IMG/VR virus record: IMGVR_UViG_3300020204_000065 | Location: 470 to 64,469 of that record | Direction: 5' to 3' (one strand) | Length of the DNA stretch: 64,000 nucleotides | From: a virus | Taxonomy: Duplodnaviria > Caudoviricetes | Shown here: one piece after another, positions 36,894-47,263 of the stretch | Position numbering within the stretch: the stretch's first letter is position 1 | How the letters are laid out: every line of letters begins with the position of its first letter | Notes under the pieces: generated by a model | Seen by the model: only the letters and a program-made list of their open reading frames with translations | Databases searched by the model: none | What the model was told of the DNA's origin: nothing | Translations under genes and position numbers: made by a program

Positions 36894-37235
36894 ATGGAAG
36901 ACCAAATCCCTGGAAGTACACCGCCAGAGTTCTCCAATCCTCCCAAGCTTTCAGCAGAGCAAGTCGAGATGCTGAAGGTGATTGCTCGTGAACGGGCCAT
37001 TGCTCAAGCTGGGGCAGAACCCCTGCAGCAACCTCAGAGAATGGTGGCGCCACCCCCTTCTTTCCAGCCACCTATCCCGCAGCCCAAGCCAGAAATTATT
37101 TATTTGCGCCGTAATTTAACGGTTGCTGAATTAATTCTTGTCCTTCTTTTGTCTTGTGGACTGGTAACCGGAGTGCAAGCTCTTTGGGGATTTGGGTCGC
37201 GTATCTTACCTCAGATCGAAGTAAGGGTCAAATAA
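36894..37235 (+). CDS. membrane protein
   Basis: C-terminal hydrophobic helix. Confidence 0.65.
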   Translation: MEDQIPGSTPPEFSNPPKLSAEQVEMLKVIARERAIAQAGAEPLQQPQRMVAPPPSFQPPIPQPKPEIIYLRRNLTVAELILVLLLSCGLVTGVQALWGFGSRILPQIEVRVK

Positions 37236-37287
37236 AATACGACAAACCTAAACTATAATTTTAGTTATAAGGTTTGCGAGCGTGTAG

Positions 37288-39090
37288 GTGGCCAATAGGC
37301 GGATCTCGGATTTACCTGCAATCAGTTCGGTCGACATCGCTGATGCCGATCTATTTACTATTGTCCATGTTGCGGAAGTAGATCCTGGGTTAAAGAATAA
37401 GAAGTTTACGGTTTCTGAACATAAGTCATATCTCAATAATTACTATCTGCAGTTAACGGGTGGCACTATTACCACCTTAACTGTTACCAATAACTTAAAC
37501 GTATCCGGCAACACGAATATTCGGGGCAACCTGGATGTCATCGGCACCGGTACGTTTGGCGTACTGACCATTAATAATCTGATTGCAACTGGAACAATCA
37601 GTGGCACCACGATTACTGGTCAGAGTATTCAGGGTGTCAATATTAACGGTAACAATGGTTACTTCACAAACCTTCAGTATATTAACGCTGTTGGTACAAT
37701 TTTAGAAGGTAGCCTGATCAGTGGCGCTACGATCACTGGCAATGTCATCCGTGGTAGTGGCATTACAGGCCAGGTAATTTCTGGCAATACTGTCAACGTA
37801 ATCAACCTTGCAACTCAAACATTAACAGGCACTTCAGGTGTCTTCACTTCTAATTTATCTGGCGCCGTCATCACTGGTGACGCTGGTCAATTCTCGAACA
37901 TCACTGGTGTTTCCGGTGTTTTCACTACCAGGCTTTCTGGTAACACCATTACCGGAAACACTGGACTCTTTGCAAACCTGACTGGAGTTTCCGGAACTTT
38001 TACCGACAGACTCTCTGGTGCTGTTATTACAGGCAACACCGGACAATTTACGCAACTTACTGCAACAACCGGTCAATTTACTTATGCGTCTGGCATAACA
38101 GTCACTGGCTCTACCGGTTTATTTAATGGGCTAACCGCAAATTACATCACCGGAATAATCACTGTTTCTGGCACCACAGTTACAGGCTTATCCGGTATCT
38201 TTGGTAATACTGTTTCTGAAACTGGCGTTTATACCACCAGTATTTCTGGAGCTTTAATCACAGGTGATACTGCGCAGTTTACTCAACTAACTGGAGTATC
38301 GGGCACTTTTACGTCTAGGATTTCAGGTACAACAATCACCGGCGTTACTGGTTTATTCACAACCATTACGGCGGCCACTGGTACGTTCACTGATCAAATC
38401 AACGTCAGCACGATTGCTACGACGGGCAATCTTTCGGCAAGTGGCAACCTATTCATTGGAACTAGCGGGACAATTTCCACAAACCTCACGGTCAGTGGAA
38501 CGATTTCTGGCGCTACAGTCACTGGTACTGATGCATTCTTTGACACCGTTAGTGGCAACGGTGTTATCGGTGGAACAATTGTTTTTTCCCCAACCGTCAC
38601 TGGTAATTTTGTTTTAGGCACCTCGATCACTGGTGTGACAGGCGTCTTTACAAGTCGCCTAAGTGGTGCTGTTATCACGGGTAACACCTTTAGCGGAACC
38701 ACAGCTGTCTTTGGCAGTGGCGGATTTGTTCAATTGACCAGCACGACGGGTAATTTTAGTCGCGTCAGTGGCACTACCTATGTTGCTGGAAATACGATCT
38801 TTGTTTCTGGCGCTGGTGACGTTCGGCCCTTTAACCAGTTCTCCTTCCCGCCTAGCCCTGGCACATCCGGATATGTACTAACGACCCTGGGTAATGGTCA
38901 GACGACATGGGCCATTGCAACAAGTACAGGCATCTTAACGTCCTCGCCAATCTTAGAAAGCAAAATTATCATCGATACTAATTATGCGATTACAATTGGA
39001 TATAACGGAGGATCCATTGGGCCTGTTGAAATTGCGTCGGGCATCATCGTCACCGTGCCTTCTGGATCAATCTGGAAGATCTTGAATTAA
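37288..39090 (+). CDS. tail fibre-like protein with SGxxITG repeats
   Basis: RISDLPA N-terminus, repeated ITG/VSG beta units, VTVPSGSIWKIL end. Confidence 0.8.
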   Translation: MANRRISDLPAISSVDIADADLFTIVHVAEVDPGLKNKKFTVSEHKSYLNNYYLQLTGGTITTLTVTNNLNVSGNTNIRGNLDVIGTGTFGVLTINNLIATGTISGTTITGQSIQGVNINGNNGYFTNLQYINAVGTILEGSLISGATITGNVIRGSGITGQVISGNTVNVINLATQTLTGTSGVFTSNLSGAVITGDAGQFSNITGVSGVFTTRLSGNTITGNTGLFANLTGVSGTFTDRLSGAVITGNTGQFTQLTATTGQFTYASGITVTGSTGLFNGLTANYITGIITVSGTTVTGLSGIFGNTVSETGVYTTSISGALITGDTAQFTQLTGVSGTFTSRISGTTITGVTGLFTTITAATGTFTDQINVSTIATTGNLSASGNLFIGTSGTISTNLTVSGTISGATVTGTDAFFDTVSGNGVIGGTIVFSPTVTGNFVLGTSITGVTGVFTSRLSGAVITGNTFSGTTAVFGSGGFVQLTSTTGNFSRVSGTTYVAGNTIFVSGAGDVRPFNQFSFPPSPGTSGYVLTTLGNGQTTWAIATSTGILTSSPILESKIIIDTNYAITIGYNGGSIGPVEIASGIIVTVPSGSIWKILN

Positions 39091-39117
39091 ACTAGAAAAA
39101 TAAAACTTTAGTTACTG

Positions 39118-39702
39118 ATGGCATACGGGAACTTAAAGGTTGATAATTTAGTTTATTCAACTCCAACTGGGGATATTACTTTTCCCGTCAGTGGGATTGT
39201 TTATTTAGGTGCTCCTTTAATCTCTGGTGTTTCTGGCGTATTTACGACAGTTTACGCACCTCTGGTTAGTGGTGGTTCCGGTGTCTTCTTGTCGGGTGTT
39301 ACCAGCCCTATCATCAGTGGTGTCTCCGGTATCTTCACGACCAGCGTCAGCGGTGCAACTGTTACAGGTGGCTCGCTCCTTGGCACCACAATTACTGGTA
39401 CGTCAATTTCCGGTGCCAACATCACTGGCGTTTCTGGAACATTTACAGATCGGATCTCTGGCGCAACGATTACTGGTGGAAACTTCAACGGTGTTTCCGG
39501 TGTCTTTACCACCAGTGTTAGCGGTGCAACAGTCCAAGGGAATACAGTTGTTGTGAATAGCGGCAACTTTGCTTCCGGTTTATTAACCTCTGGAACCATT
39601 CAGTCCACAACAGGTGGCTTCAAGTTTCCAGACGGTACCACCCAAACAACTGCAGCCACCGCAGGCGTAAGTCTTGGTCTTGTAATCGCCCTTGGCGGTT
39701 AA
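39118..39702 (+). CDS. tail fibre-like protein
   Basis: YGNLKVD, same repeats, GFKFPDGTTQTTA. Confidence 0.75.
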   Translation: MAYGNLKVDNLVYSTPTGDITFPVSGIVYLGAPLISGVSGVFTTVYAPLVSGGSGVFLSGVTSPIISGVSGIFTTSVSGATVTGGSLLGTTITGTSISGANITGVSGTFTDRISGATITGGNFNGVSGVFTTSVSGATVQGNTVVVNSGNFASGLLTSGTIQSTTGGFKFPDGTTQTTAATAGVSLGLVIALGG

Positions 39703-39739
39703 TTTATTGCTCTTATAATTAACGAAAAGAGTTTCGGAA

Positions 39740-40129
39740 ATGGCTGAGTATTTTGAATTTAAAGGTACTGTATTAACCACAACTGGTGTTGCAGATATCT
39801 ATAACCCAACTAATGGTGTAGACGGAAATCTCACCAACAGCAGTGGCACATCCGTTATTTTGTCTGCTTTAGCAGCCAATGTGAGTAGCGGCAACGTTTC
39901 TGTTAACCTTTACACGACGTTAACCGGTTCGACTAGCACGGCCACCGGAACTGTTCTAACTGAAAGCGGAAGCTTCTCGATGGCTGAGTCTATTGTTGTT
40001 CCAGCCTACGCGTCGTTAGAGATGATTGTCAATAAGGCAAACGTTCCTTATGGCAGTAAGTTACGTGCACGTTCATCCGTGGCATCCGGCATTGTTTTTA
40101 CCGTTTCTGCTGTTGATATTCAGCCTTGA
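39740..40129 (+). CDS. tail-associated protein
   Basis: 129 aa, ANVS...IVVPAYASLEMI. Confidence 0.65.
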   Translation: MAEYFEFKGTVLTTTGVADIYNPTNGVDGNLTNSSGTSVILSALAANVSSGNVSVNLYTTLTGSTSTATGTVLTESGSFSMAESIVVPAYASLEMIVNKANVPYGSKLRARSSVASGIVFTVSAVDIQP

Positions 40130-40160
40130 TTGTTATCATTAAATAACTAGCTGAAGAGCA

Positions 40161-41156
40161 ATGGGAAAGAAAAGGGAAGGGGGATATTTAGGTGCTACGC
40201 CAAGCACGTGGAGTAGCACGGTTCGTCCAGGTATATGGAATCTTAGAAGCCAATTTAACTTAAAAAAAGAGGGTACGTGGCCAGGCTTGTATAGCACTTT
40301 GGCACTTGAGTACCTTGTTGTCGCAGGTGGCGGTGGAGGTGGCGGTAGATATTATGGCGGTGGCGGCGGAGCCGGTGGTTTTCGTACGAATGCCGGGCCT
40401 TCTGGTGGTGGAGCATCTGCAGAAGGCAGTTTTACAATTACTTTAGGTAGTTCTTACACAGTCACAACCGGCGGCGGTGGTGCAGGAGGACTGTCTGGAG
40501 CAAGAGGAACTCAGGGTTCTAATTCTGTTTTTTCAAGTACTACATCAACAGGCGGCGGCGGTGGTGGCGGCAATACCGCCCCTAGTGGCGATGGTGGTGC
40601 AGGTGGCTCTGGCGGCGGCGCAAGTGGCTATTCAGCTACAAACGGCGTTGGTACTCCAAATCAAGGTTATAACGGTGGTGCTGGTGGTACTTACGCAGGA
40701 GGCGGTGGCGGTGGCGCCGGACAAGCTGGAAGCAATGGTCCGGCGGGTGATACAACAGGCGGTAAAGGAGGCAATGGAGTAGCTTCTTCTATCACAGGAT
40801 CCTCTGTAACCTACGCAGGTGGAGGTGGTGGTGCATACGGTTCCAGTTCCACTGCGGGGACATTGGGCGGTGCAGGTGGAACAGGCGGTGGCGGCCCAGC
40901 TTCTAACTTTGGGACAGCAGGAACAGCGGGAACGTCAAATACGGGAGGTGGAGGTGGCGCCACAGGTGGCCTTGGCGGATCACCAACGACAGGAGCCAAC
41001 GGGGGATCTGGCGTTGTGATTTTGAAAGTTGATGCAGGATTAACTGCAACTTTTAGCGGTGGAGTTACTTACTCAACGGCAACAGTTGGAGCCTTTAAAA
41101 TTTACACTATTACGGCTACTTCGACAACAAGTGAAACCGTAACTTTTAGTGCTTAA
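40161..41156 (+). CDS. glycine-rich tail/receptor-binding protein (1 module)
   Basis: EYLVVAGGGGGG ... GGSGVVIL. Confidence 0.85.
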   Translation: MGKKREGGYLGATPSTWSSTVRPGIWNLRSQFNLKKEGTWPGLYSTLALEYLVVAGGGGGGGRYYGGGGGAGGFRTNAGPSGGGASAEGSFTITLGSSYTVTTGGGGAGGLSGARGTQGSNSVFSSTTSTGGGGGGGNTAPSGDGGAGGSGGGASGYSATNGVGTPNQGYNGGAGGTYAGGGGGGAGQAGSNGPAGDTTGGKGGNGVASSITGSSVTYAGGGGGAYGSSSTAGTLGGAGGTGGGGPASNFGTAGTAGTSNTGGGGGATGGLGGSPTTGANGGSGVVILKVDAGLTATFSGGVTYSTATVGAFKIYTITATSTTSETVTFSA

Positions 41157-41199
41157 TTCATCTATAATTTATAGATAAGCTTGAACGCGCAATAATACT

Positions 41200-43887
41200 A
41201 TGGCCTCTCGTCCTCTAGGCGGTTACCTTGGTGCCACTCCGGCAACATGGAGTGCCACAAGTCGCACTGGAGAATGGGACTTAAAGCAACAATTTGACCT
41301 GCAAAAGCAAAGTTTATGGCCTATTCTTGGATTCACGGCTGATTATTTAGTTGTTGCAGGTGGCGGCGGTGGTGGCGGTACGCCTTCTACCGGAGGTTAT
41401 ACCGGTGCCGGTGGTGGTGGCGCAGGTGGTTTCCGTTCGATTACATCTCAAGCATTAAGCACAGGAACCAGTTACACCATCACTATCGGCGCTGGCGGTG
41501 CTGGTGGTGTATCCAATTCCAATGGAACCGCAGGTAGTAATTCCGTTTTCAAAGAAACAACATCTGCTGGCGGCGGCGGTGGTGGAACAGGTGGTACACC
41601 TACAGGAAATAGTGGTGGAGCAGGTGGTTCCGGCGGCGGTTCAGGCGGTTATTACCAAGATCCAACACCGGCAGGTGGTTTAGGGGGTGCAGGTAACACC
41701 CCTGCTACCAGCCCATCGCAAGGCAATCCTGGTGGAAGCTCTAAAACAAACAGTACGTATAACGCCCCTGGTGGCGGTGGCGCTGGAGCATCAGGAACAA
41801 ATGGTACATCTTCTGCTGCAGGCCCAGGTGGTATTGGTTCTACCAATGCTTACTTAGGAACTACTCTTTATTACGCTGGCGGCGGCGGTGGTGGCGCATT
41901 TGATCACAGTCCTCTTGCGTTAAAAGGTAACGGCGGGCGCGGTGGCGGCGGTCCAGGGGGACATGCAAGCAGCACTGGCAACGCAGGCGGAAGAGGTGTT
42001 GACGGAAGCTATAGAACAGGCGGTGGCGGTGGCGGCCGAGGAAAAAATGCAACGACCGTGGGCCTGGGCAGCGGTGGCGGTGGTGTTGTATTGCTACGTG
42101 TTCCAGAGAACATAATCGCTACCTTCTCTGGTGGTGTTTCCAGTGCTTTTTACAACTCACAAAGTGGTTATAACGTTTATTTAATTTACGCAACATCTAC
42201 TATTTATGAAACAGTTTCATTCAGTGAAAAACCCTCTGGTTTCACTGTTCAATCTTTAGTTGTTGCAGGTGGCGGCGGCGGTGGCAACAACTACGGTTCT
42301 GGTGCTGGAGCTGGTGGATACGTTGAAACTTTCCATACCAACCTTTCTTTATCAACAAATTACACTGTTACCGTTGGGGCAGGAGGCAGCGCTGCCACTG
42401 TTGGTGCAAATTCTGTTTTTGGAACGGTAACTGCTTATGGCGGTGGCAGAGGCAGTAACGCAGGCACAAGCGCAGGAAGCGGTGGATCTGGAGGTGGTGG
42501 TTCTTGGACGGGGGACGGGGGTTTAGCAGCTCCTGGTAGTGCAAGTCCTTCTGGCCAAGGATCACCTGGTGGCTATGGTGATGAAGGAGGCCTTTCTCCT
42601 TATGGCGGCCCAGGCGGCGGCGGTGGCGCCGGAACACCAGGGAGACCTGCAACCGCTGGTCAAGCAGGTGATGGCGGCGATGGTATTACGTCTTGGATTA
42701 ACGGATATGCCACAACACGTGGTGGTGGTGGCGGCGGCGGTGGTTCTAACAACTATGCATATGCAAGCGGAAATGGTGGAGAAGGCGGTGGCGGCGATGG
42801 GAGTTATCTCCCTTCTTCTACTCCTGGGTTCCCAGGTAAGGCGTTTACCGGCGGCGGCGGTGGCGGAGGCAGAGATACTCCTGGTACTGGTGGTGCAGGT
42901 GGCTCTGGTTGCGTTGTGCTCAGAATTCCTGACACTTATAAAGCAACGTTCTCATCTGGGGTTACTTACAGTACAAGCACTGTTACTGGATACGTTGTTT
43001 ATTGGGTTACCGCAACCTCAACAGCCAGTGAAACGGTTTCTTTCTCGGCTGCATCTGGTATTGCCGTTGAATATTTAGTTGTTTCTGGTGGTGGTGGAGC
43101 AGGTGGTGAAATTAGTGGTGGGGGCGGCCAGGCGGGTGGTGGAGCAGGTGGTGTTATCACCGGAACAATTACAGCACCTCTTTCTACTGGTCTAACCGTT
43201 ACTGTTGGAGCAGGTGGTTCTAGTGGCGGCCAGCGCGTTAATGGTGGTATTGGATCCAAGAGTAACTTCTTTGGCGTTAATCCTCTTGGCGGTGGTGGTG
43301 GTTTAACTTTCCAAAGCACCGCTTTAACCGGTGACGGTGGATCTGGCAGTGGCGCATCTGATCGCAGCTATAAAGCAACGGCTTATGGCACAGGTGTTCC
43401 CGGACAAGGTAATCGTGGTGGCCAAAGTGTAAACCCAATTGGCGGCGGTGGCGGTGGAGCAGGTGGTGTCGGAGGAGATTCGGTCAGTTCCCCTTACATC
43501 TCTGGAAACGGCGGTGTTGGTATTCAATGTTCTATTACTGGTAGTGCCACTTATTACGGCGGCGGTGGTGGCGCAGGTCAATTCAGCAATCCTGCTGGTG
43601 GTACTGGTGGTCAAGGTGGCGGCGGTGATGGTGGAACCCTTACTTCTGCCAACGGGAAGAGCGGTACAGCAAATACCGGCGGTGGTGGCGGTGGTGGTGC
43701 TGGCCTGGGCTCGAATACCAGTGGCGGCGGTGGTGGTTCCGGTATCGTCGTACTCAAAATCTCTAACGCATACACAGCTACCTTTAGTGGTGGGGTAACC
43801 TTTTCGCTTTCCACAGCTGTCGCAGGATATAAGATTTATACTGTAACTGCGACCTCTACTACTTCTGAAACTGTTACTTTTAGCTAA
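41200..43887 (+). CDS. glycine-rich tail/receptor-binding protein (3 modules)
   Basis: three LVV(A/S)GGG...GxVxL...TFSxGV...ETV(S/T)FS modules. Confidence 0.85.
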   Translation: MASRPLGGYLGATPATWSATSRTGEWDLKQQFDLQKQSLWPILGFTADYLVVAGGGGGGGTPSTGGYTGAGGGGAGGFRSITSQALSTGTSYTITIGAGGAGGVSNSNGTAGSNSVFKETTSAGGGGGGTGGTPTGNSGGAGGSGGGSGGYYQDPTPAGGLGGAGNTPATSPSQGNPGGSSKTNSTYNAPGGGGAGASGTNGTSSAAGPGGIGSTNAYLGTTLYYAGGGGGGAFDHSPLALKGNGGRGGGGPGGHASSTGNAGGRGVDGSYRTGGGGGGRGKNATTVGLGSGGGGVVLLRVPENIIATFSGGVSSAFYNSQSGYNVYLIYATSTIYETVSFSEKPSGFTVQSLVVAGGGGGGNNYGSGAGAGGYVETFHTNLSLSTNYTVTVGAGGSAATVGANSVFGTVTAYGGGRGSNAGTSAGSGGSGGGGSWTGDGGLAAPGSASPSGQGSPGGYGDEGGLSPYGGPGGGGGAGTPGRPATAGQAGDGGDGITSWINGYATTRGGGGGGGGSNNYAYASGNGGEGGGGDGSYLPSSTPGFPGKAFTGGGGGGGRDTPGTGGAGGSGCVVLRIPDTYKATFSSGVTYSTSTVTGYVVYWVTATSTASETVSFSAASGIAVEYLVVSGGGGAGGEISGGGGQAGGGAGGVITGTITAPLSTGLTVTVGAGGSSGGQRVNGGIGSKSNFFGVNPLGGGGGLTFQSTALTGDGGSGSGASDRSYKATAYGTGVPGQGNRGGQSVNPIGGGGGGAGGVGGDSVSSPYISGNGGVGIQCSITGSATYYGGGGGAGQFSNPAGGTGGQGGGGDGGTLTSANGKSGTANTGGGGGGGAGLGSNTSGGGGGSGIVVLKISNAYTATFSGGVTFSLSTAVAGYKIYTVTATSTTSETVTFS

Positions 43888-44282
43888 TGGCACACTTCGC
43901 ACTGCTCGACGATAACAACATCGTCACTTTTGTTACCGTTGGTCGTGATGAAGACAACGGTAAAGAGGCTGAACTCAGCGCACGTACTGGTCAAACCTAC
44001 AAACAAACCAGTTACAACACCCGTGGCGGCATTTACTACACCCCTGGTACCAGTACGCCAGACCCAGATCAGTCGAAAGCGTTCCGCAAAAACTATGCGG
44101 GCATTGGTTACAGCTACGACGCCACATTAAATGCCTTCATTCCTCCCAAGGAATTTGCATCTTGGTTGTTAAACACGACAACAGGTCTCTGGGAGCCACC
44201 TATTCCTTATCCCACTGACGGTAAAGTCTATCGTTGGGATGAAGACACTCAATCTTGGGTTGAAATCCCACCTCCTGCATAA
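43887..44282 (+). CDS. tail-fibre-associated protein
   Basis: MAHFA...QTSYN...FRKNYAGIG...WEPPIPYP. Confidence 0.85.
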   Translation: MAHFALLDDNNIVTFVTVGRDEDNGKEAELSARTGQTYKQTSYNTRGGIYYTPGTSTPDPDQSKAFRKNYAGIGYSYDATLNAFIPPKEFASWLLNTTTGLWEPPIPYPTDGKVYRWDEDTQSWVEIPPPA

Positions 44283-44296
44283 GTTGATTTAGGACA

Positions 44297-45319
44297 ATGA
44301 CAATAAAACTTGTTGATGCGGCTAAGTATTATAAAGAGCTTCCTCATCAGCAAGAAGCTCTGGAGTGGCTCGAAAAAGAGTTAACTCCAGAGCAATTAAA
44401 TACCTTTGCCACAAAGTACAGAACCGAGAAAAAACCAGCTGTACAAATTGAAAACAGCTGGGACGGCATTTATCAAGCTGCAAAATCAGCAGGGGCTAAA
44501 TTTCCGGAATGTGTTTGTGCACAGTGGGCACTCGAATCAGGCTGGGGCCAGCACTTTTCTGGTACCTGGAACGCATTTGGATTGAAAGGATCTGGAACAA
44601 GCGTCAATACACAGGAATTTATCAACGGTCAATGGGTCACCATCAAAGCAGGTTTTATTGACTTCCCTGATCTAAAAACCTGTGTTTACTATCTCGTTGA
44701 TCGTTGGTACAAAGACTTCAGTGTTTACCAGGGCGTTAACCGTGCAAGCACTCGCAATCAATGTGCTGAGTTATTAGTTAAAGAAAAATATGCTACAGAT
44801 CCCGACTACAGCACAAAATTAATCCAGATCATGGATCGAAAGCTTGGTACTGCAGGTAACAAGCCAGTAGAAGAACCTGCCAAGCCTGTTGAAAAACCAA
44901 AGTTCAATCCTTGGAGTCCCTTCACTTACAAGGTGACGCCAAATATCTCCTACGGTGAGCTAACGCTTAACCAAGAAGCCCGCCGTTTTAATAAACAGTA
45001 TCAATGCGATACAGCACTGGAACTGTGTAAGTTTCTTGAGAAAGTTAGGACAGCATTTGGCAACAAGCCATTGATCATCACCAGTGCATCACGTCCTGAA
45101 CCCATCAATACTCAAGTGGGAGGTGCAAAAAATAGTGAGCACACCTACAGCGCACCATCTAAAGGAGCTGTTGATTTCTACATCGAAGGAGTTGACATCT
45201 ATAAAGTGCAAGATTGGTGCGATAAAAACTGGCCTTATTCAGTTGGATACGGTGCGCCCAAGGGATTTGTTCATTTGGGAATGCGAGAAGGAAAGCCTAG
45301 AGTTCGCTGGGACTATTGA
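44297..45319 (+). CDS. endolysin: GH73 glucosaminidase + M15A peptidase
   Basis: AQWALESGWG, YATDPDY; ITSASR...NSEH...AVDF...FVHLG. Confidence 0.9.
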   Translation: MTIKLVDAAKYYKELPHQQEALEWLEKELTPEQLNTFATKYRTEKKPAVQIENSWDGIYQAAKSAGAKFPECVCAQWALESGWGQHFSGTWNAFGLKGSGTSVNTQEFINGQWVTIKAGFIDFPDLKTCVYYLVDRWYKDFSVYQGVNRASTRNQCAELLVKEKYATDPDYSTKLIQIMDRKLGTAGNKPVEEPAKPVEKPKFNPWSPFTYKVTPNISYGELTLNQEARRFNKQYQCDTALELCKFLEKVRTAFGNKPLIITSASRPEPINTQVGGAKNSEHTYSAPSKGAVDFYIEGVDIYKVQDWCDKNWPYSVGYGAPKGFVHLGMREGKPRVRWDY

Positions 45320-45320
45320 T

Positions 45321-45482
45321 GTGAAGAAATACAAGGAGCCGTACATACGCGTAAACGTATGTTATGAAGTTGGCAACGAAAAAAAATGCGTAACGCTGCC
45401 TAAAGAGCAAGCGTACGCAACAAGAGATTGGGTTGAAAGAAACAATGGTGTTTGCTTCTGGTTTCAGGCGTTACCTGATTAA
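45321..45482 (+). CDS. small hypothetical protein
   Basis: 53 aa from the GTG directly after the endolysin stop. Confidence 0.55.
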   Translation: MKKYKEPYIRVNVCYEVGNEKKCVTLPKEQAYATRDWVERNNGVCFWFQALPD

Positions 45483-45643
45483 CGCTGCTTAGCGCGGCCA
45501 ATCACAAGGCCACAGATTTCAATGAGACGGTACAGCTTGCGAACTGCAGCATCATCCTTGGGAGTTGGGGTGAGTGCACAAATGGCGGAACATGCGGCAT
45601 GAATAGCCAGTGCTACTTCTAAATAACGATTTAAATCGTGCAT
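45479..45643 (-). CDS. holin-like small membrane protein (not in track)
   Basis: 54 aa ...AICALTPTPKDDAAVRKLYRLIE... Confidence 0.6.
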   Translation of the reverse strand: MHDLNRYLEVALAIHAACSAICALTPTPKDDAAVRKLYRLIEICGLVIGRAKQR

Positions 45644-45829
45644 AATTGATCTCCTGATCTCCTTACATTCTATGTCTCTGTACTGAAGATTTTATTTAAT
45701 CTTCATAAATACGACAGGCCCTTTCCCAGGGATTTAAATCACAATACGATTTGAATGCTTTGGCAGGACTTGGCGTGCCAAGATGAAATCGTTTTGATAA
45801 CTTACAAACAAACCAGCTGTAAAACTTGA

Positions 45830-46570
45830 TCACGGTACTGTGGTAAGGGGTACAAGAAAGGCTGGAAAGCGGTCATCGGCTTGGTGCTCACGCTGCCATG
45901 CTTCCTCCCATTCACTTAAAGAATGATCGTGAACATCTTGACCTGCATAAGTTTCTGTGTGATCGTTCAGAATAAAATCATTGTTCTCTAAAAGAATATA
46001 TGTAAAATCTTCAAGCAACAACTCAAAGTCACCGGTTGGAAACTCAATGACAACACCAACCTCATAGTCAAGAAGCTCGTTGCGAGTCGTGGAAACACAC
46101 AATAAATACGTGCCAGTATTCAACGGATAGTACCGTTCATCTCCTTTATCTAAGCGGTTTGGATCAAAGATGTTATACAGATCGGACTGTGTATTCATCA
46201 CGTGTCCGACATATGGGTTATAGACTTCACCGTCAATGGTTGCTGTAATACTATCATCTTGAAAGATGCCACGTCCCTCAATAGGGACAAGGTTTAAGTC
46301 ATACACAGATGTGTTGATGTATTTAGGCCTTGGGCCTCCTTTGGCGACAATAATCCAAGCTTTTGAAGTAATGGTGAAACTAAACCAGTGATTGTATACA
46401 CCGCCACCGTAACCACCATTGGAATTCTGATTTGTATCCCGACGACCAACAACTTGATTTTTTGGCCCAAGACTTCCTTTTAGATTTCTTAAGGACAGCT
46501 GGCTGAATTGTCCCATATTTAAGGGATTGTCCTGCGTCCTTTGACGCTGGAGTTCCTGATTACGTGCCAT
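45830..46570 (-). CDS. hypothetical protein (possibly structural)
   Basis: 246 aa; LLLED...ILLEN motif. Confidence 0.65.
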   Translation of the reverse strand: MARNQELQRQRTQDNPLNMGQFSQLSLRNLKGSLGPKNQVVGRRDTNQNSNGGYGGGVYNHWFSFTITSKAWIIVAKGGPRPKYINTSVYDLNLVPIEGRGIFQDDSITATIDGEVYNPYVGHVMNTQSDLYNIFDPNRLDKGDERYYPLNTGTYLLCVSTTRNELLDYEVGVVIEFPTGDFELLLEDFTYILLENNDFILNDHTETYAGQDVHDHSLSEWEEAWQREHQADDRFPAFLVPLTTVP

Positions 46571-46598
46571 CTATAGTCTGCAGACCTTTAGATGTATT

Positions 46599-47261
46599 CT
46601 ACTCGTCTGGTATTTCTATGTTTTCGGGGAATGTAATGGCGTTCTTGAAAGACTGATTGAATACGAGAGGGCGTTCTTTGTTGTGGCCATACGCCATTAA
46701 TTTCTCAGCTTGAAACTCAAGCTCGAACGGATGAACAGCTGATGGCGGAAATAATTTATTCCAGCTAGACACCATATGCAGGGGATTACCACAACGTGGG
46801 TTCCCGCAGAGGCGTGTCACAACCATTCCCCCCACATCCCCCCAGGCGCAGTTGTATAACGCTTTATGAAAACTCAGGTTTTCAGACTTTTGGTGGCTAT
46901 AGGCAGAGCGATAGGACGGCATACACACACGCTTGGGGCTGTATGGGCCAGGGGTATTGATGGCCCAACAGTCTTCCGGGTCGCCAATCGTGACTTTCTG
47001 CCAAAGCTTGTGGTATTTGGCCTTGTACTCAACGTGTAGGTAGTTGAGGTCAAAGCCACAGATGTTGGACTGGATTTTATGGACGCAGTGGTAACACCAG
47101 TGCTCGGCAAGATCCCTGATCACATGGCCGTGTGGACAAACAAAACCTTTGTAGTACCCATGTGTCTCAAGAGACTCGTCATCAAGGGCGTCGATGTCTG
47201 GTACGAAGCGGAAAGCAACGGTTTCAAAAAGCTTTCGTTCCGACCGATGGAGATTTGCCAT
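46599..47261 (-). CDS. Zn-binding HNH/His-Me-finger-like protein
   Basis: CPHGH, CYHC, DCW, VTRLCGNPRCGNPLHM. Confidence 0.65.
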   Translation of the reverse strand: MANLHRSERKLFETVAFRFVPDIDALDDESLETHGYYKGFVCPHGHVIRDLAEHWCYHCVHKIQSNICGFDLNYLHVEYKAKYHKLWQKVTIGDPEDCWAINTPGPYSPKRVCMPSYRSAYSHQKSENLSFHKALYNCAWGDVGGMVVTRLCGNPRCGNPLHMVSSWNKLFPPSAVHPFELEFQAEKLMAYGHNKERPLVFNQSFKNAITFPENIEIPDE

Positions 47262-47263
47262 AG

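Noticed and set aside
36841-37071. N-terminal extension of the HTH gene overlapping the opposite-strand ORF
   Set aside because: ATG at 36840 gives two divergent genes with a normal spacer
40161-43887. GGN runs as a non-coding repeat or DGR target
   Set aside because: They encode poly-Gly; no reverse transcriptase or adenine-specific template/variable pair seen
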